Assembly: GCA_045613785.1 (NCBI GenBank)
Contig: JAZLBQ010000007.1
Span: forward strand, 64,001 to 128,000
Reading direction: 5' to 3'
Origin: Candidatus Enterousia sp.
GTDB taxonomy: Bacteria; Pseudomonadota; Alphaproteobacteria; Rs-D84
Length of the DNA stretch: 64,000 bases
Positions within the stretch are counted from its first letter, which is position 1; each line of letters starts with the position of its first letter. The notes below the pieces were generated by a model. That model saw only the letters and a program-made list of their open reading frames with translations, was not told the DNA's origin and made no database searches. The translations under genes and the position numbers were made by a program. Positions 59,451-64,000 of the stretch are shown here, one piece after another.

Positions 59451-62400
59451 TGGCCGGCGATAACCTGAGAGAAATCAATTTAGAAGCAGCAATAGAAGAA
59501 TCTTTGCTTACAGAGGGCGGTTATGAACGTGGTGACGCCAAGGTGTTTAATGCTGTAAATGCGCTGGATGAGCAAACTTTGCTAAAATTTATACAGACCA
59601 GCCAACCAAAAGCCTGGAAAAAATATACTTTGATATATCCTGCTAACCCAGATCAATGTTTTATTGATCGTGTATGCAAGGTTATTCGTGAACGTGGCCT
59701 TCTGGACGTGTTGCGCAAGGGGTTCAAGGATCGCGGTATTGAGTTTAAATTGATGTTTAAGCGCCCAACCAATACATTAAATCCGGATTTGATAACACAA
59801 TATAACCAAAATATCTTACAGTGTATGCGCCAGGTTCATCATTCTGTTTCGCGACCAAATGACAGTGTGGATATTATGTTGTTGCTGAACGGGATACCGG
59901 TTGTTTCAATGGAACTGAAAAACCAATTTACAGGCCAAGATGTAACCAATGCGATTGATCAATACAAGTTTGATAGATCTGGTGCAGACGCCGCATTTGA
60001 ATTCAAGCGTCGTGTTTTGGTGCATTTTGCGGTTGATTTATACAATGTGTTTATGACAACAAAATTAAATGGTGCAAAAACATTCTTTTTGCCGTTTAAT
60101 CAGGGATCAAATGGCGCAGGCAATGTTGGTGGACGGGGAAATCCAGCCAATCTGAATGGATTTACAACAGATTATTTATGGAAAAACATTCTGCAGCGCG
60201 ATCGATTGTTGGAAATTATTGAAAAATACATTCATCTGGAAGTAATACGTGATAAGAAAACAAAGAAAGTTACCAAGGAAACAATGATATTTCCACGTTA
60301 TCACCAATTGGATGTTGTGACAAAACTGATAGAAGATGTCCAAAAGAACGGTTCAGGTCACAGTTATTTGATTCAGCACTCTGCAGGTTCTGGAAAATCT
60401 AACTCTATTGCATGGTTAACGCATCGGTTATCCAGTTTGGCGGATGCAGAATCCAATCGTATATTTAATTCTGTAATTGTTTTGACGGATAGACGTGTCT
60501 TGGATGGCCAATTACGCGATACAATCAGTCAGTTTGACCATGTTGAAGGTACTTTGGAAGCTATTACAGAAGGTTCTGCACAGTTAAAAGAAGCGATTAA
60601 CGACGGAAAACACATAATTATATCTACGTTGCAAAAGTTTCCGTACATTTACAATGAATTACAAAAGACAGATAAAAAGTTTGCTGTCATAATTGACGAA
60701 GCACACTCGTCCCAATCAGGCAAGGCCGCATCAACTGTTATTGCAGGTTTGGGGGATACAGAAGCGGCACTGGCAGAACAGGCGGCTATTGAAGCACAAG
60801 CAGAAGGTGATGTTACTGACGGGTACGATGAACTGGATAAAGTATTAGCAGGCCAAGGTCAGCACGATAACTTGTCTTTCTTTGCTTTTACCGCTACGCC
60901 AAAGGCAAAAACACTGAATAGATTTGGAACCAAACAGGCGGATGGCAAATATGTGCCTTTCCATGTTTATTCAATGCGTCAGGCGATTGAAGAAGGCTTT
61001 ATTTTGGATGTTTTGCGCAATTATACGACATATAGCACATATTATAAGCTAATGAAAAATATACCTGACGATCCACAGCTTGAAACGTCTAAAGGGGCAA
61101 AGGCGGTACGTAGATTCCAAACCTTACATCCTCATAATATAGCCCAGAAAACCCAGATAATGATCGAGCATTTTCGCGATGTGACAAAGAATAAGATCGA
61201 TGGACGCGCAAAAGCTATGGTTGTTTCTTCGTCTCGGCTGCAGGCATTAAAATACTATCAAGCATTTAAAAAGTATATTGCCGAACATGGATACACGGAT
61301 GTAGATGTCTTGATTGCTTTTTCTGGTGAATTAACAGTAGATGGGCAAAAATATACAGAAGAAGGTTTGAATATTGCAAAAGATGGCAAAACGCGTATCA
61401 AAGAAAAACAGCTTCCTGAATATTTTAAGCAAGACTTTAATGTATTGATTGTTGCAGACAAATATCAAACAGGATTTGATGAACCGTTATTGCATACAAT
61501 GTTTGTTGATAAAAAACTGAACGACGTAAAGGCAGTGCAAACATTATCTCGTTTAAATCGTACAACCGCAGGCAAAACAGATACTTTTGTGCTAGACTTT
61601 GTTAATACGGCGGAAGACATTCAAAAATCATTCCAGCAATATTATCAGGCAACATTTCTCACTGAAGAAGTTGATCCAAATGAATTGTATAAATTACAGG
61701 CTGTGTTGGATGGAAAAGCGGTTTATACGCCACAAGAAGTCGAAAATTTTGCTTCTATATTCTTTGCGGACAAGCAAAGCAAAACAGACCTTGGTAAATT
61801 ATCAAGCATTCTAAAGCCGGCACAAGACAGGTTCATTGCGCTGGATCAACAGCAAAAGGATGAGTTCAGAAGTGTTTTGAATAATTTTATCCGCATGTAC
61901 AGCTTTGTCGCCCAAATTGTACGTTTGTTTGATCGTGATTTGCAGAAGTTCTATGTGTTTGCGTCGTTCTTGATAAAAGTACTAAGAAATGAAAAAACGG
62001 AAAATCCAAAATTGGACGACAAACTAGTGCTAGAATATTATAAACTGGTAAAAACACACGAAGGGGATATTGCCTTAAAACAGGAAGATGGCGGAACCGT
62101 ACCGCCAAAGGGTGGAACGGCAACTACCAAGAAAGAGAAGGCGCCATTATCAGCGATTATTGATAAGTTTAATGAACGTTTTGGAACTGATTTTTCTGGT
62201 GTTGATAAGGTGCTGGAACAAGTTATGGACGTTCTTAGCAAGGACGCAATGCTATCAGAAGCAGCAAAAACAGATAACAGAACATTGTTTGACGGTTTGA
62301 TGCCAGAACGCTTTAATAAAGCAATGATTGACAGATATAATCAAAACGACCGTTTCTTCAAGGAAATCTTCTCGGATGAAGAGAAATTAGAGTTCCTGAA

Positions 62401-62455
62401 GCATTTATTGTTTGAAGAAGCCTATCGTTCTATGTCCGCCAAAAAGAAAAAATAG
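59450..62455 (+). CDS. hsdR: Type I R-M restriction subunit
   Basis: D..LLLNGIP...ELKN, HSAGSGKS, DEAH, FTATP, QTLSRLNR. Confidence 0.95.
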   Translation: MAGDNLREINLEAAIEESLLTEGGYERGDAKVFNAVNALDEQTLLKFIQTSQPKAWKKYTLIYPANPDQCFIDRVCKVIRERGLLDVLRKGFKDRGIEFKLMFKRPTNTLNPDLITQYNQNILQCMRQVHHSVSRPNDSVDIMLLLNGIPVVSMELKNQFTGQDVTNAIDQYKFDRSGADAAFEFKRRVLVHFAVDLYNVFMTTKLNGAKTFFLPFNQGSNGAGNVGGRGNPANLNGFTTDYLWKNILQRDRLLEIIEKYIHLEVIRDKKTKKVTKETMIFPRYHQLDVVTKLIEDVQKNGSGHSYLIQHSAGSGKSNSIAWLTHRLSSLADAESNRIFNSVIVLTDRRVLDGQLRDTISQFDHVEGTLEAITEGSAQLKEAINDGKHIIISTLQKFPYIYNELQKTDKKFAVIIDEAHSSQSGKAASTVIAGLGDTEAALAEQAAIEAQAEGDVTDGYDELDKVLAGQGQHDNLSFFAFTATPKAKTLNRFGTKQADGKYVPFHVYSMRQAIEEGFILDVLRNYTTYSTYYKLMKNIPDDPQLETSKGAKAVRRFQTLHPHNIAQKTQIMIEHFRDVTKNKIDGRAKAMVVSSSRLQALKYYQAFKKYIAEHGYTDVDVLIAFSGELTVDGQKYTEEGLNIAKDGKTRIKEKQLPEYFKQDFNVLIVADKYQTGFDEPLLHTMFVDKKLNDVKAVQTLSRLNRTTAGKTDTFVLDFVNTAEDIQKSFQQYYQATFLTEEVDPNELYKLQAVLDGKAVYTPQEVENFASIFFADKQSKTDLGKLSSILKPAQDRFIALDQQQKDEFRSVLNNFIRMYSFVAQIVRLFDRDLQKFYVFASFLIKVLRNEKTENPKLDDKLVLEYYKLVKTHEGDIALKQEDGGTVPPKGGTATTKKEKAPLSAIIDKFNERFGTDFSGVDKVLEQVMDVLSKDAMLSEAAKTDNRTLFDGLMPERFNKAMIDRYNQNDRFFKEIFSDEEKLEFLKHLLFEEAYRSMSAKKKK

Positions 62456-62472
62456 AATAAAAGGATGTTCTT

Positions 62473-63674
62473 ATGCCTGAAATAAGTGTCCAAATTGTGG
62501 GAAAACATTTACGGTTGATGAATCTGGCTATGCTGCCATTGTAGCCCAGGTTAGAGATGGAGAATTTCATAAGTCTATTGACGAGCGCCTAAAACAGTTC
62601 GAAAAAGAAAAAGCAAACGAGTTAAAACTTGCTGAAACCACCGCGAAAATGGAAAAAGAACAATCCGAGGCACAATTAAAGCAACAGATTGAACAGCTGA
62701 AGGCCAAGCTGGATTCTAATGAAAAGGATATTGCTATTGCGGTAAATAAAGCGATGCAGCAGTCAAGTGAAGTGTTGGCTGAAAAAGATAAAAAAATAAT
62801 GGAGTTGCAAAACAGTCTATATAATTCTGAAAAAGATAAACTGTTAACAGAAGAATCCTTGAAGAATCAATTCGCTGCTACAATTAAGGAAAAAGATGCG
62901 GAAATCGCATTCTATAAAGACATGAAAACAAAAATGTCTACCAAAATGGTCGGTGAAAGCTTAGAACAGCATTGCGATGTTGAATTCAACAGATTGCGCC
63001 AAACTGCATTCCCAAATGCATATTTTGAAAAAGATAATGATGCGAAAACTGGCAGCAAGGGTGACTTTATTTTTAGAGACTATGTTGATGGGACTGAATA
63101 TATATTCATTATGTTTGAAATGAAAAACGAAATGGATACGACAGCCACAAAACATAAAAACGAAGACTTTTTCAAAGAATTGGATAAAGATCGTCGGGAA
63201 AAAGGCTGTGAATACGCAGTATTGGTATCCTTGCTAGAAGCGGATAACGAATTGTATAATGGTGGTATTGTCGATGTGTCGCACAAATACGACAAAATGT
63301 ATGTTGTGCGTCCACAATGCTTTATACCAATTATAACACTGTTACGTAATGCCGCATTAAATTCTGTTCAATATAAACGTCAGATTGCAGAGTATAAACA
63401 GACGAACATCGATGTATCAAACTTCGAAAAAGAAATGAACGAATTTAAAGAAAAATTCGGAAGGAATTATGCGCTGGCGAGTGATAAGTTCAAAAAGGCG
63501 ATTGATGAAATTGATAAAACAATCGACCATCTGCAAAAAACAAAAGAGGCACTGCTAGGGTCTGAAAACAATCTGCGTTTGGCAAATGATAAAGCCCAGG
63601 ACTTATCAATCAAACGCCTGACAAAAAACAACCCGACAATGACCAAAGCGTTTGAAGATTTGAAAGAGGAGTAA
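62473..63674 (+). pseudogene. Second DUF2130-like gene with a 1-nt frameshift near codon 5
   Basis: AAGGA RBS, ATG CCT GAA ATA AG TGT CCA AAT TGT: one base short of MPEIKCPNCG; the remainder is open. Confidence 0.75.
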
Positions 63675-63678
63675 AATT

Positions 63679-64000
63679 GTGTATTTACATTCTTTAAAAA
63701 TAAAAGGGTTCAGAAAAATATCTAATGCTGAAATAATATTTTCACCAAATACTACATTTTTAATTGGTGCCAATAATGCTGGAAAAAGCAGTGTGTTCGC
63801 AGCATTAAAGTTGTTTTTGTCTGCTAATAAAACTACGGCAGAAGATGATTTTTGTAGAGAAAACAGCGAATGTTTGCCTAGTGATATAATTGAGTTGGAA
63901 GGAGAATTTAGAGGAGTGAATCCCGAAGTTATTTCTAATCCAAGTTGGAAAGGTTTTAATGCTAGACGAGTGTTGAAATATGCCAAAGATGACGGAACAT
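63679..64000 (+). CDS. OLD/GajA-like ABC ATPase of an ATP-dependent nuclease (partial)
   Basis: Manual translation from GTG: MYLHSLKIKGFRKI...FLIGANNAGKSSVF. Confidence 0.8.
   Translation, partial: MYLHSLKIKGFRKISNAEIIFSPNTTFLIGANNAGKSSVFAALKLFLSANKTTAEDDFCRENSECLPSDIIELEGEFRGVNPEVISNPSWKGFNARRVLKYAKDDGT

Larger units (their letters stand above)
36422..64000. mobile_element. tRNA-Lys-anchored accessory/defence island (right end not seen)
   Basis: Switch from housekeeping to phage-fragment and defence genes directly after the tRNA; no integrase in the window. Confidence 0.6.

Overview
Chromosomal window of a host-associated Alphaproteobacterium (LpxI, lptE-holA, frr-uppS-cdsA-rseP-bamA, tRNA-His with G-1:C73); assignment to a gut Rs-D84/Enterousia-like lineage is inference. 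The left 36 kb is housekeeping DNA interleaved with scattered podophage-type morphogenesis genes: cell-wall hydrolase, holin-like protein, scaffold, capsid N-terminus, a terminase split around the dnaB operon, a Bbp19-like remnant and two Mtd-N tail-fibre genes. Three of these units sit behind promoter plus tandem-terminator leaders. Together this looks like a domesticated, GTA-like, antitermination-controlled regulon whose capsid and packaging genes are damaged by apparent deletions. The left half also holds a CU-loop sRNA candidate, a degenerate tRNA-Ala copy and a VirB7/VirB8/VirB8-like trio. The right 28 kb, downstream of tRNA-Lys, is a defence island: a large polyvalent phage protein fragment, UvrD helicase, a Zorya-like ZorAB motor whose third gene appears to lack the HNH core and carries ankyrin repeats, a WYL regulator, two DUF2130-like genes, McrBC, an AAA/vWA-like pair, an HD hydrolase, a NUDIX, type I R-M and a partial OLD-type ATPase. 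All family calls are by motif recognition, with no database search.
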